From an uncultured Clostridia bacterium (GTDB taxonomy: Bacteria; Bacillota; Clostridia; TANB77; CAG-508), in contig CAKPOF010000004.1 of NCBI GenBank assembly GCA_934169725.1, forward strand, positions 72,245-136,244: a DNA stretch of 64,000 nt, read 5' to 3'. Position 1 is the first letter of the stretch, and every line of letters begins with the position of its first letter. Positions 1 to 8,704 of the stretch are shown in pieces. Below the pieces are notes generated by a model, which was not told the DNA's origin, made no database searches, and was given only the letters and a program-made list of their open reading frames with translations. Made by a program: the position numbers and the translations under genes.

Positions 1-944
1 ATAATAATATTAAATATATTTTTCTTCTTACTCTCCCAATGGATTTAATTTTTTCTATAATTAATTTAAAAAATAAAAATAAATTAATAAAAATATTAGA
101 AAATGAAAATAAAAATGAAAAAGAAAAAATAGAAAATGAAAAAAATAATTATTTAAATGAAAATAAAATATTAGAAAAAAATAATAATCAATTAGAAGAA
201 GAAATAAAAGAATTAAAAAATAAAATAAATAATAATTTAAAAATAGAAAATGAAAAAATAAAAAATAAATATTTTAATAAAATAAATAATGAAAAAATAA
301 AACAAATAAATAATTTAGAAAATATTAATGACCAAATAAATTATGTACAAAATAAATTAAATGAAACAAAAATACATTTACATAAACTAGATTTTGATAA
401 AGAAAACGTAAATCCTAAAGTTGATAATTTAATAAAAATAGAAGAAAAAATAGTTAACAATAATGAAAAAATAGTAAACTTAAGAAAATTAGAGAAAAGC
501 ATGAACATGGCAAAAGAAATTTTATTAAAAGCATATGAAAAAATGAAAAATACAGTTACCCCTAAGTTTACAGAGAATCTTTCAAAAAATATAAACAACA
601 TTACAAATGGTAAATATACAAATGTTGTATTACAAGACGATAATGGATTGATAGTAGAATTAAAGAATGGAAATTATGTTGAAGCAAATAGGTTAAGCAT
701 TGGAACTATAGACCAACTATATTTATCATTAAGACTTTCTATGATAGAAGAATTATCAAATGAAAAAATGCCAATTATTTTAGATGAGGCATTTGCATAT
801 TATGATACAACAAGATTAGAAAATATTCTAAAATATTTATATAGTGTATATCCAGAAAGACAAATAATAATATTTGCATGTACAGAAAGAGAAAAAAATA
901 TATTAGAAAAAAATAATATAAAATATAATTATATAAATTTATAA
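1..944 (+). CDS. C-terminal part of an SMC/Rad50-like (YhaN/SbcC-type) coiled-coil ATPase; the 5' end lies outside the window
   Basis: The frame is open from nt 3 to the stop at 942-944, with no stop upstream of the listed Met at 39. A long K/N/E-rich coiled coil is followed by the signature-like DQLYLSLRLS and the Walker B/D-loop PIILDEAFAYYD, as in SMC-type ABC ATPases. Confidence 0.6.
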   Translation, partial: NNIKYIFLLTLPMDLIFSIINLKNKNKLIKILENENKNEKEKIENEKNNYLNENKILEKNNNQLEEEIKELKNKINNNLKIENEKIKNKYFNKINNEKIKQINNLENINDQINYVQNKLNETKIHLHKLDFDKENVNPKVDNLIKIEEKIVNNNEKIVNLRKLEKSMNMAKEILLKAYEKMKNTVTPKFTENLSKNINNITNGKYTNVVLQDDNGLIVELKNGNYVEANRLSIGTIDQLYLSLRLSMIEELSNEKMPIILDEAFAYYDTTRLENILKYLYSVYPERQIIIFACTEREKNILEKNNIKYNYINL

Positions 945-957
945 AAATTAACATATT

Positions 958-1010
958 TGTACTCGCATTTGCTCGTTTGGTTGCTTACGTGGTATTTCAA
1001 ATAATATATT
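958..1010 (+). repeat. 5'-truncated copy (3' half only) of the structured intergenic repeat family
   Basis: ACTCGCATTTGCTCGTTTGGTTGCTTACGTGGTATTTCAAATAATAT aligns with the 3' half of the full copies (..CGCACTC..GCTCGTTTGATCGCTTACGCGGTATTTCAAAATAATAT). It lies directly after the stop codon at 944. Confidence 0.6.
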
Positions 1011-1089
1011 ATAAAATTTTTGTTTAAATGTTAAGAGCTGTGAATTATAACTTTTAAACATTAAATTAAAGAATATGATTGAGCAAAAC

Positions 1090-1118
1090 TTGTAAAAAGC
1101 TAAAGAATATAGTATAAT
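1090..1118 (+). promoter_or_regulatory. Candidate sigma-A promoter for prfA
   Basis: TTGTAA (1090-1095), a 17-nt spacer, then TATAAT (1113-1118), about 30 nt upstream of the prfA RBS. Confidence 0.4.
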
Positions 1119-1148
1119 AATGCAAGTAAGTAAAAAAGGAGAATATTT

Positions 1149-2207
1149 ATGTTTGAAAAATTAGAAACAGTAGAAAAGAGATATGAAGAATTGACAAAAA
1201 TGATTAGTGATCCAGAAGTAATATCAAATCACACAGAATGGCAAAAATTAATGAAAGAACATGCAAGCATAGAAGAAATTGTATTTAAATTTAGAGAATA
1301 TAAAAAAGTTAAGCAAGCAATGGAAGAAGCAGAAGAACTTATGAAAGATCCTGAAATGAAAGAATTAGCAGAAGAAGAATATTATTCATCAAAAGAAAAA
1401 TTACCAATAATTGAAGAAGAATTAAAATTTTTATTAATTCCAAAAGACCCAGATGATGATAAAAATATTATTTGTGAAATTAGAGCAGGAGCTGGAGGAG
1501 AAGAAGCTGCACTATTTGCTGGAACATTATTTAGAATGTACACAATGTATGCAGAAAGAAAACATTGGAAATTGGAAGTACTTAATGAAAATGAAACAGG
1601 ATTAGGTGGATATAAAGAAATATCTTTTATGATAACTGGTAAAGGTGTATATAGTAGATTAAAATTTGAAAGTGGTGTTCATAGAGTACAAAGAGTACCA
1701 GATACAGAAAGTAGTGGAAGAATCCATACTTCAACAGCTACAGTTGCAATGTTACCGGTTGTAGAAGATGTAGAGATAGAAATTAATCCTGCAGATATAA
1801 AAATGGAAGTATTTCGTTCTTCAGGAGCTGGTGGACAACATATTAATAAGACATCATCAGCAGTTAGATTAATACATGAGCCAAGTGGAATAGTTGTAGA
1901 ATGTCAAACTGAAAGATCTCAATTTCAAAACAGAGATAATGCAATGAAAATGTTAAGAACAAAACTATATGAAATAGAAAAACAAAAACAAGATAATGAA
2001 ATTTCAAGTGCAAGAAAATCACAAGTAGGTTCAGGAGATAGAAGTGAAAAAATAAGAACTTATAACTACCCTCAAGGAAGAATAACAGATCATAGAATAG
2101 GTATGAGCATATATCAAATGGAAAATTTTCTAAATGGAGATTTAGATGAAATGATTGACAATTTAATAGCTGCAGATAGAGCAGAAAAATTAAAAGGTGA
2201 AGAATAA
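1149..2207 (+). CDS. prfA: Peptide chain release factor 1
   Basis: 352 aa. GGQ motif in [11 protein letters not shown] and the RF1-type block [23 protein letters not shown] lies upstream. Confidence 0.97.
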   Translation: MFEKLETVEKRYEELTKMISDPEVISNHTEWQKLMKEHASIEEIVFKFREYKKVKQAMEEAEELMKDPEMKELAEEEYYSSKEKLPIIEEELKFLLIPKDPDDDKNIICEIRAGAGGEEAALFAGTLFRMYTMYAERKHWKLEVLNENETGLGGYKEISFMITGKGVYSRLKFESGVHRVQRVPDTESSGRIHTSTATVAMLPVVEDVEIEINPADIKMEVFRSSGAGGQHINKTSSAVRLIHEPSGIVVECQTERSQFQNRDNAMKMLRTKLYEIEKQKQDNEISSARKSQVGSGDRSEKIRTYNYPQGRITDHRIGMSIYQMENFLNGDLDEMIDNLIAADRAEKLKGEE

Positions 2208-2281
2208 TTTATAAATAAAGTAGAATAAATAAAAACTCCTTAAAATAAAATTATAATAAGTTTATTTTAAGGAGTTTTTTT

Positions 2282-3014
2282 ATGCAAGAAATACTAAGAA
2301 CAACACTTATTGGATTATTTTTTGGTACATTTGGAACAACTATTGGAGGAATAATAGGAGTAAGAACTAAAAGAAATTCTCAAAAATTTTTAAGTTTTAT
2401 ATTAGCATTTGCATCAGGACTAATGATGGCAATTATATGTTTTGATTTAATACCGGAGGCAATAGAAATAGGAAATATGTTTAATTTAAATATTGGAATA
2501 TTTTTAGGGATTTTTATGATGATATATTGTGATAAAATTGTAGAAAAAAAATTTAATACCAAAAAATATGATAATAATTTATTAAAAACAGGTATAATTG
2601 TATCAATAGGATTAGCAATTCACAATTTTCCAGAAGGATTAGCAATAGGCTCAGGATTTGGGTCATCAATAAAATTAGGATTAAGTCTAGCGATTGCTAT
2701 ATGCCTACATGATATACCAGAAGGAATATCAATGGCAATTCCTATGAAAAATGGAGGAATGAAAAAATGGAAAGTAGTTTTTTTAGTAGTTATGTCTGGA
2801 ATTACTACGGGAATAGGTGCTTTGGTTGGAGCAATAATAGGAGGAATTTCTGAAAGTATAATTTCAATATGTTTAAGTTTTGCAGCAGGAGCTATGTTAT
2901 ATATAATATCGCGGAGAGTTGATTCCTGAAGCAAATGATTTATACAAAGGAAAAATGACGGCAATGGGAAATATTTTAGGTTTTTTAATAGGTGTAGTTG
3001 CTATGAATTTATAA
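2282..3014 (+). pseudogene. ZIP-family (ZupT-like) divalent metal transporter, interrupted by a +1 frameshift near nt 2911-2913
   Basis: The ORF 2282-2929 carries ZIP motifs (HNFPEGLAIG, HDIPEGISMA) but ends prematurely in ..LYIISRRVDS*. Shifting one nt at about 2912 gives the canonical C-terminus GELIPEANDLYKGKMTAMGNILGFLIGVVAMNL*, with the stop at 3012-3014. Confidence 0.8.
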
Positions 3015-3045
3015 TAATTGAAAAATTGTAGATTATAAAAATAAT

Positions 3046-3080
3046 AAAAAAGGTGTAATACTAAAAAACACCTTTTTATT
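3046..3080. terminator. Bidirectional intrinsic terminator hairpin
   Basis: AAAAAGGTGT-loop-ACACCTTTTT, with an A-tract 5' and a T-tract 3'. It lies between the ZIP gene (+) and the LRR remnant (-). Confidence 0.6.
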
Positions 3081-3258
3081 TTAATTCCAATTTACAATTC
3101 TTAACCCTTTAGGTGCTCCCCAAGGTGCATCAGATATTGTATTTTCATTTTTATTAATTTTAATTTTTTCTACATTATCACCAATTACTACTTTTTTATA
3201 GTAAATCCTTTTATTGAAGCAGCACGAATTGTTTTTACACTATCTGGTACAACTAAAT
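3081..3258 (-). pseudogene. Decayed 3' fragment of a BspA-type leucine-rich-repeat surface protein gene
   Basis: The reverse strand reads LVVPDSVKTIRAASIKGFTIKK*. After a frame change it reads VVIGDNVEKIKINKNENTISDAPWGAPKGLRIVNWN*. The periodicity IPDSV..I / IGDNV..I is typical of BspA-like LRRs. There is no start codon, and the fragment has an internal stop plus a frameshift. Confidence 0.35.
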
Positions 3259-3420
3259 TTTAAAACGATATTTATCAATTTTAATTTTATGAAAATCATA
3301 AAATAAAGTAAATATATTTTTAATAAAAAACAATATTATTTTTGAGTTTTATCAAATAAAAAATCATTCATAAAAATGTTATAAAATATTATATTATAAA
3401 TAAGGAAAGTAGGAAAAAAT

Positions 3421-3744
3421 ATGAATAAAGATAGTATAAGCAAACATATTGGTCAAATGTGTCAACAATATAGAATAAAAAATAATTTGACACAAAATCA
3501 AGTTGCAGAATTAACAGGTTTGGAGCCTAGGCATATAAGTCAAATAGAAAGAGGATTATCAAAGGGAAGTATTGATACATTAATAAAATTATGTAATGCG
3601 TATCAAATAACACTAGATATTATTTTATATGACTTATTGGATGAAAAAACTAAAGGTTCAATATATGATGAAAAATTTAAAAAATTAAATAAAAAAGATA
3701 AGGAGAGTATATTACATTTTATTGATTATTTTCTATCAAAATAA
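3421..3744 (+). CDS. XRE-family helix-turn-helix transcriptional regulator
   Basis: 107 aa. Classic HTH_3 core LTQNQVAELTGLEPRHISQIERG. RBS GGAAAGTAGGA lies upstream. Confidence 0.85.
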   Translation: MNKDSISKHIGQMCQQYRIKNNLTQNQVAELTGLEPRHISQIERGLSKGSIDTLIKLCNAYQITLDIILYDLLDEKTKGSIYDEKFKKLNKKDKESILHFIDYFLSK

Positions 3745-3786
3745 CCCCTATAAATAATGCATGTGCAATATTTATAGGGGTTTTAT
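3745..3786 (+). terminator. Intrinsic terminator after the XRE gene
   Basis: CCCCTATAAATA-loop-TATTTATAGGGG followed by TTTTAT. Confidence 0.7.
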
Positions 3787-3810
3787 GAAAAAATAAAAGG
3801 ATAAAAATAC

Positions 3811-3848
3811 AAAAAAATAAGATTCAAGCTATTAGCTTGAATCTTATT
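3811..3848 (-). terminator. Intrinsic terminator of the minus-strand 114-aa gene
   Basis: ATAAGATTCAAGCT-ATT-AGCTTGAATCTTAT. On the minus strand the stem is followed by a T-run. Confidence 0.65.
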
Positions 3849-3883
3849 TAACTTTAAAAGTTTAGGAAACTACAACTTAGTAT

Positions 3884-4228
3884 TTAAATTAATAATTCTT
3901 CAGTTAATTCAGTTTTTGGAATAACTGAAAAAGCATAACCTTTACGTAAGTCAACAATTGGTGATAAAAGATGTCCATTTCCTAATTCGATAAGTTTAAG
4001 AAGTGGGTCTTTGCGTTCGGCATGATTAGCCCAATAAACCGTTTTTTCACCTAATTGCTGATGACCCCAAGTTACTTTTTGAGGATCTGAAACAACCAAT
4101 TTCTCTCCATTTAAAAGATGAAAAATCCGGATAAGTGGATGTTTTTTATCTTCTGGAGAAAAATAGATCTCAGCGATGTTAATGTCTTCAAGTTTCAAGT
4201 TGTCTGTTTTCTTTTTAAAAGTTGTCAT
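3884..4228 (-). CDS. Hypothetical 114-aa protein with atypical composition; family not recognised
   Basis: The start at the internal Met (MTTFKKKTDN..) is preceded by a strong RBS AAAAAGGAGAC. The longer listed ORF (to 4324) would run through the promoter. A 120-nt sample counted by hand gives about 37% GC, higher than the neighbouring DNA. Confidence 0.7.
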   Translation of the reverse strand: MTTFKKKTDNLKLEDINIAEIYFSPEDKKHPLIRIFHLLNGEKLVVSDPQKVTWGHQQLGEKTVYWANHAERKDPLLKLIELGNGHLLSPIVDLRKGYAFSVIPKTELTEELLI

Positions 4229-4252
4229 CAAAAAGTCTCCTTTTTTGTGTGA

Positions 4253-4332
4253 TAGGATTAAAAAGATAATCCTAATATTAATAGTAACATAAAACAGTAT
4301 AACATAATTGTCGAAATTTGTCAAAAATTTCG
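4253..4332 (-). promoter_or_regulatory. Consensus sigma-A promoter flanked by two perfect palindromic operators
   Basis: The minus strand reads TTGACA (4319-4324), a 17-nt spacer, then TATACT (4296-4301). Palindrome CGAAATTT-N5-AAATTTCG (4312-4332) overlaps the -35 box. Palindrome TAGGATTA-N6-TAATCCTA (4253-4274) sits between the -10 box and the RBS. Confidence 0.6.
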
Positions 4333-4436
4333 AAAAACATCAAAATATTTACTTGATTTTTATGTTAGTATATAGTAAAATGCAAACAGAAATTTGAAAA
4401 ATTAATATAAAAATAAACTGAAAGGGAAAATAAAAA

Positions 4437-6764
4437 ATGCAGGAAATTTTAAAAGGTTTAAATGATAAACAATATGAAGCTGTAGTAAATACAGAAGGTC
4501 CATGCTTAATAATTGCAGGAGCTGGTAGTGGAAAAACAAAAGTACTAACACATAAAATAGCCTATTTAATAGGAGAAAAAAATGCAAAACCATGGGATAT
4601 ATTGGCAATAACATTTACAAATAAAGCAGCAAATGAAATGAAACAAAGAATTTCAGACTTAATAGGTGATGCAGCTAAAGATATTTGGATGGGAACATTT
4701 CACTCTATATGTGTGAGAATTTTAAGAAGATTCATAGATAGAATTGGTTTTGAAAGTTCATTTATTATATTTGATACATCAGACCAAAAAACATTAGTAA
4801 AAAGTTGTATGAAAGATTTAGCAATTGATGATAAATTATTTACAGATAGAAGTATTTTATCAGAAATTAGCAATGCAAAAAATGAGATGTTAGAACCGGC
4901 ACAATATACAGCTAGAGCTAGTGGAGATTTTAGAAAAGAAAAAATAGCAATAGTATATGAATTATACCAAAAGAGATTAAGAGAAAATAATGCAATAGAT
5001 TTTGATGACATAATAAATTATACAATTAAAATTTTGATGGAAAATCCAGATATTTTAGAATATTATTCAAATAAATTTAAATATGTATTAGTTGATGAGT
5101 ACCAAGATACAAACAAAGCACAGTTTACATTAGTTACATTGTTTGCATCTAAAAATGGAAATATTACAGTTGTAGGAGATAATGACCAGGGAATATATAG
5201 TTTTAGAGGGGCTGATATTTCAAACATATTAAATTTCGAAAGAGATTTTCCGGGAACAAGAATAATAAAATTAGAGCAAAATTATAGATGTACAGGAAAT
5301 ATTTTGAAAGCAGCAAATTGTGTAATAAAAAATAATGAAGTAAAATATAAAAAAGAATTATGGACAGAAAATGAAGAAGGAAATTTACCTAAAGTATATC
5401 AAGCTGATAATGAATATGATGAAGGTACATATATAGCAATGCAAATAGAACATTTAAAAAGGGAAGAATACTATAAATATTCAGATTTTGCAGTTTTGTA
5501 TAGAATGAATACACAATCAAGAGCAATAGAAGATATATTAAGAAGAGAAAATATTCCATATAAAATTGTTGGTGGTTTAAAATTCTATGAAAGAAAAGAA
5601 ATAAAAGATATTATTGCATATTTAAGGCTTATTCAAAATAGTTCAGATAATTTAAGTTTAAAAAGAATAATAAATGAGCCTAAGAGAGGTATAGGAAAAA
5701 CTAGTTTAGAAAAGGTTGAAAATTTAGCAGAAGAAAATGAAATTTCAATGTATGAAGTAATAAAAAATGCAGAACAATATGGATTAAATAGAGTTTATTT
5801 AAATTCTAGAGAGTTTGTAAATGTAATAGAGGAATTAAAAACTAAAAAAGATAAATTAGTTATTTCAGAATTAATAAAAGAAACATTGAAAAAGACAGGG
5901 TATACTAAAGCTTTGGAAAATGAAAATACTATAGAAGCAGAAAACAGAATAGAAAACTTAGAAGAATTTTTAACAGTAGCTATTGAGTTTGAAGAACAAT
6001 ATGCTGAAAATTCATTAAGTCAATTCTTAGAAGGAATTACATTATCATCAGATTTAGATAATATAGAGGAAACAGAAGATTCAGTTACACTTATGACATT
6101 ACATAGTGCAAAAGGACTTGAATTTCCAGTAGTATTTTTAGTTGGAATGGAAGAAGGAATTTTTCCGGGATATAAATCAATATCAGAACCTCAAGAATTG
6201 GAAGAAGAAAGAAGATTATGTTATGTAGGAATAACAAGAGCTAAAGAACAATTATATTTAACATGTAGTAAGCAAAGGACAATATTTGGCTCAACAAGCT
6301 ATAATCAAGTATCAAGATTTTTAAAAGAAATACCAGAAGATTTATTAGAAGGGTACAAAGAAGCATTTGGAGAAGAAGATAATAATAAAAATCAAATGTT
6401 TAAAGATTCTGCTTATACATGGTCATATGGAAGTAAAAATAATAGTAATATAAAAACATATAAAATAAATGAAAAAGAACCAATTGGTGCAACAACTGCT
6501 AATAAAAAAATTAATGAATCTGGATTTATGTTTAGAACTGCAGAAAGTTTCTTAAATAATTTAGGTAAAACAGCAAATAAAAATGCAGAGGTGGATTTAT
6601 CTAAATATGAAGAAGGTGTTAAAGTATACCATAAAAAGTTTGGAGAAGGTGTAATAAATAAAGTTGAACCAGAAGGAGAAGATTTAAAAGTAGACATAAA
6701 TTTTGAAAAAGCAGGTCATAAAAGATTAATGGCGAAATTTGCAAAATTAGAAATTTTGGATTAA
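4437..6764 (+). CDS. pcrA: ATP-dependent DNA helicase PcrA (UvrD/Rep superfamily 1)
   Basis: 775 aa. Walker A AGAGSGKT, and the motifs VDEYQDTN, TLHSAKGLEF and VGITRAK. Confidence 0.95.
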   Translation: MQEILKGLNDKQYEAVVNTEGPCLIIAGAGSGKTKVLTHKIAYLIGEKNAKPWDILAITFTNKAANEMKQRISDLIGDAAKDIWMGTFHSICVRILRRFIDRIGFESSFIIFDTSDQKTLVKSCMKDLAIDDKLFTDRSILSEISNAKNEMLEPAQYTARASGDFRKEKIAIVYELYQKRLRENNAIDFDDIINYTIKILMENPDILEYYSNKFKYVLVDEYQDTNKAQFTLVTLFASKNGNITVVGDNDQGIYSFRGADISNILNFERDFPGTRIIKLEQNYRCTGNILKAANCVIKNNEVKYKKELWTENEEGNLPKVYQADNEYDEGTYIAMQIEHLKREEYYKYSDFAVLYRMNTQSRAIEDILRRENIPYKIVGGLKFYERKEIKDIIAYLRLIQNSSDNLSLKRIINEPKRGIGKTSLEKVENLAEENEISMYEVIKNAEQYGLNRVYLNSREFVNVIEELKTKKDKLVISELIKETLKKTGYTKALENENTIEAENRIENLEEFLTVAIEFEEQYAENSLSQFLEGITLSSDLDNIEETEDSVTLMTLHSAKGLEFPVVFLVGMEEGIFPGYKSISEPQELEEERRLCYVGITRAKEQLYLTCSKQRTIFGSTSYNQVSRFLKEIPEDLLEGYKEAFGEEDNNKNQMFKDSAYTWSYGSKNNSNIKTYKINEKEPIGATTANKKINESGFMFRTAESFLNNLGKTANKNAEVDLSKYEEGVKVYHKKFGEGVINKVEPEGEDLKVDINFEKAGHKRLMAKFAKLEILD

Positions 6765-6789
6765 AACATAGTTTATTTAATAATGAAAA

Positions 6790-6845
6790 TATTTGCGCTC
6801 ATGTTCATTCTTTTGATTGCCATGCGATATTTAAAAAAATATATT
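6790..6845 (+). repeat. Degenerate relative (3'-half-like) of the structured repeat family
   Basis: TTGCGCTCATGTTCATTCTTTTGATTGCCATGCGATATTTAAAAAAATAT aligns loosely with ..CGCACTCA..CGTTCGTTTGATCGCTTACGCGGTATTTCAAAATAATAT. It lies just after the pcrA stop. Confidence 0.35.
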
Positions 6846-6861
6846 GTTAAATATTTAACTA

Positions 6862-6908
6862 AAAAGGAACAAATTAAAATAATTCATTTTTAATTTGTTC
6901 CTTTTTTA
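6862..6908 (+). terminator. Intrinsic terminator downstream of pcrA
   Basis: Perfect 18-bp stem AAAAGGAACAAATTAAAA / TTTTAATTTGTTCCTTTT followed by a T-run. A second imperfect hairpin (TATATACTAAGAAA..TTTTCTAGTATATA) follows at about 6906-6945. Confidence 0.75.
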
Positions 6909-7057
6909 TATACTAAGAAATTTCTCATTTTCTAGTATATAAAAATGCTATAATCGCTATTGCTTTTGAGATTTTTTCCTTTTTATAATTAAACATGAAT
7001 AAAAAAAGAAAAAATGTTAATACTACAACAAGATAATTTAAGAAAGGGATGATAAAA

Positions 7058-7246
7058 ATGGCAGATTTAAATCAAATTGAATTACAACATTTAAGACATT
7101 TAATAGGAGCACATGAAACAGCATATCAAAAATTAAATACATTTTCATCACAAGCTGTGGATCCACAAATAAAGCAAGTTTTTGCTAAATCAGCGCAAGA
7201 TGCTTTAAATACAAAGCAGAAATTAATGACATTTTTAAATAATTAA
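7058..7246 (+). CDS. Small spore-coat-associated protein, partner of the CotF-like gene
   Basis: 62 aa from the Met with proper RBS spacing (AAAGGGA-N8-ATG). It is helical and Q-rich, and lies immediately upstream of the Coat F-domain gene, the usual clostridial pairing. Confidence 0.5.
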   Translation: MADLNQIELQHLRHLIGAHETAYQKLNTFSSQAVDPQIKQVFAKSAQDALNTKQKLMTFLNN

Positions 7247-7256
7247 GGAGGTTTAT

Positions 7257-7499
7257 ATGGACGAAAAAACAATGGTAAATGATATTTTAGCAGGAGTTAA
7301 ATCAGATTTAACAGCATATCAAACAGCGATATCAGAAGCTGAAAATATGCAATTAAGACAAACTTTTCAACAAATAAGAAATAATGATGAAAGTTTTCAA
7401 TATGAATTATTTAAAATAGCACAATCAAAAGGATACTATGTACCAGCTCAAAAAGCAACTACAACAGAAGTAAATACTGTAAAAACAGAATTACAATAA
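7257..7499 (+). CDS. Spore coat protein F (Coat_F domain) family
   Basis: 80 aa. VNDILAGVKSDLTAYQTAISEAENMQLRQTFQQIRNNDESFQYELFKIAQSKGYY matches the Coat F pattern. RBS AAGGAGG lies upstream. Confidence 0.7.
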   Translation: MDEKTMVNDILAGVKSDLTAYQTAISEAENMQLRQTFQQIRNNDESFQYELFKIAQSKGYYVPAQKATTTEVNTVKTELQ

Positions 7500-7572
7500 T
7501 TCAGAAAAGAAAAACAGAGAAAAAATGAAAAAAATAAAGTATTTATAAAAAAATGAAAAAAAACTTACGGAA

Positions 7573-7606
7573 ATTAGACTTTTTGTATCATTGCAAAAAG
7601 TCTAAT
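7573..7606 (+). terminator. Terminator-like hairpin after the cotF-like genes
   Basis: ATTAGACTTTTT-loop-AAAAAGTCTAAT (12-bp stem). The trailing T-run is weak. Confidence 0.45.
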
Positions 7607-7649
7607 ATTACAATATGATTACATTATCATATACAAAGGAGATAATGTA

Positions 7650-8660
7650 ATGTTAAAAAAAGCAATGTTTCATGCAAGGCGAGGAATAAAGCTTATAATT
7701 CTTTTTATGATTGCAATTTTTTTGATAATTGGAGCAGTTGCATTTTTGTACAAACCAACATATAGTGTATTTATTAATGGAAAACAGGTTGGATATACAT
7801 CTAATAAATCAGGTTTACAACATAAAATTAATGAATATGTTAATCATGGAGATGGGAGCAATGAAAATATAGCATTTGTACAAGTTAATCAATTACCAGA
7901 ATATAAATTATGTTTATTAAAAAGGAATATAGTAACAAATGATGATGATATATACAAAAAAGTAGTAGAAAAGGGAGTACCATATTATAGGTATTATGCT
8001 ATTTTGGAAAATCAAGAAGAAAAATATTATGTTTCATCATTTGAAGAAGCAGAAAATGCAATAAATACTTTAAAAGAAAAAAATAGTGATAATATAGATA
8101 AAATTTCAATATTGGAGAAGTATGAAACAGGAATAAAAGATATGGTATCAACAGAAGAAGTGGTATCTAAATTATACATAGAGAAAAAAACAGATATAAA
8201 AGTTGCACAAAATACAGAAAAAAAGGCTGCATCTGGATATGTAAATACAGCAACAACAACATCTAGTGGAAATACTGCATTAGGAATTTCATTAGCTAAA
8301 CCCGTATCAGGAACAATAACTTCTAGATTTGGTGTAAGCAGTAATATAAGAAGCTCAGCACATACTGGATTAGATATAGCTGCACCAACAGGTACAACTG
8401 TTACTGCAGCAGCATCAGGAACTGTTACTTTTGCTGGATGGAAAGGATCATATGGGAATATGATAGTTATAACACATGGAAATGGTGTGCAAACATATTA
8501 TGGTCATTGTAGTAAATTGATAGCTTCAGTTGGTCAAGAAGTATCTCAAGGACAGGTAATAGCAGCAGTTGGTTCAACAGGGAATTCAACAGGACCACAT
8601 TTGCATTTAGAAATTAGAGTAAATGGTGTGGCATATAATCCACAAAATTATTTATATTAA
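7650..8660 (+). CDS. M23-family (LytM-type) metallopeptidase with an N-terminal membrane anchor
   Basis: 336 aa. HTGLDIAAPTGT (HxxxD) and GPHLHLEIRVNG (HxH), plus an N-terminal TM segment. Confidence 0.9.
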   Translation: MLKKAMFHARRGIKLIILFMIAIFLIIGAVAFLYKPTYSVFINGKQVGYTSNKSGLQHKINEYVNHGDGSNENIAFVQVNQLPEYKLCLLKRNIVTNDDDIYKKVVEKGVPYYRYYAILENQEEKYYVSSFEEAENAINTLKEKNSDNIDKISILEKYETGIKDMVSTEEVVSKLYIEKKTDIKVAQNTEKKAASGYVNTATTTSSGNTALGISLAKPVSGTITSRFGVSSNIRSSAHTGLDIAAPTGTTVTAAASGTVTFAGWKGSYGNMIVITHGNGVQTYYGHCSKLIASVGQEVSQGQVIAAVGSTGNSTGPHLHLEIRVNGVAYNPQNYLY

Positions 8661-8664
8661 GATA

Positions 8665-8704
8665 AAACAATCCACAGTTTTATAACAAACTGTGGATTGT
8701 TTGG
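8665..8704. terminator. Bidirectional terminator between the convergent M23 and mecA genes
   Basis: ACAATCCACAGTT-loop-AACTGTGGATTGT flanked by A and T tracts. Confidence 0.75.

Noticed and set aside
39-400. Whether the highly repetitive AAT/AAA/GAA-rich DNA at the window start is a tandem repeat or minisatellite.
   Set aside because: It has no fixed repeat unit. It is in frame with and continuous into an ATPase C-terminal domain, and it encodes a K/N/E-rich coiled coil typical of SMC-like proteins.
2905-2930. Whether the frameshift in the ZIP transporter gene is programmed.
   Set aside because: There is no slippery heptamer, no stimulatory structure and no precedent for recoding in this family. 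A mutation or sequencing error is the simpler explanation.
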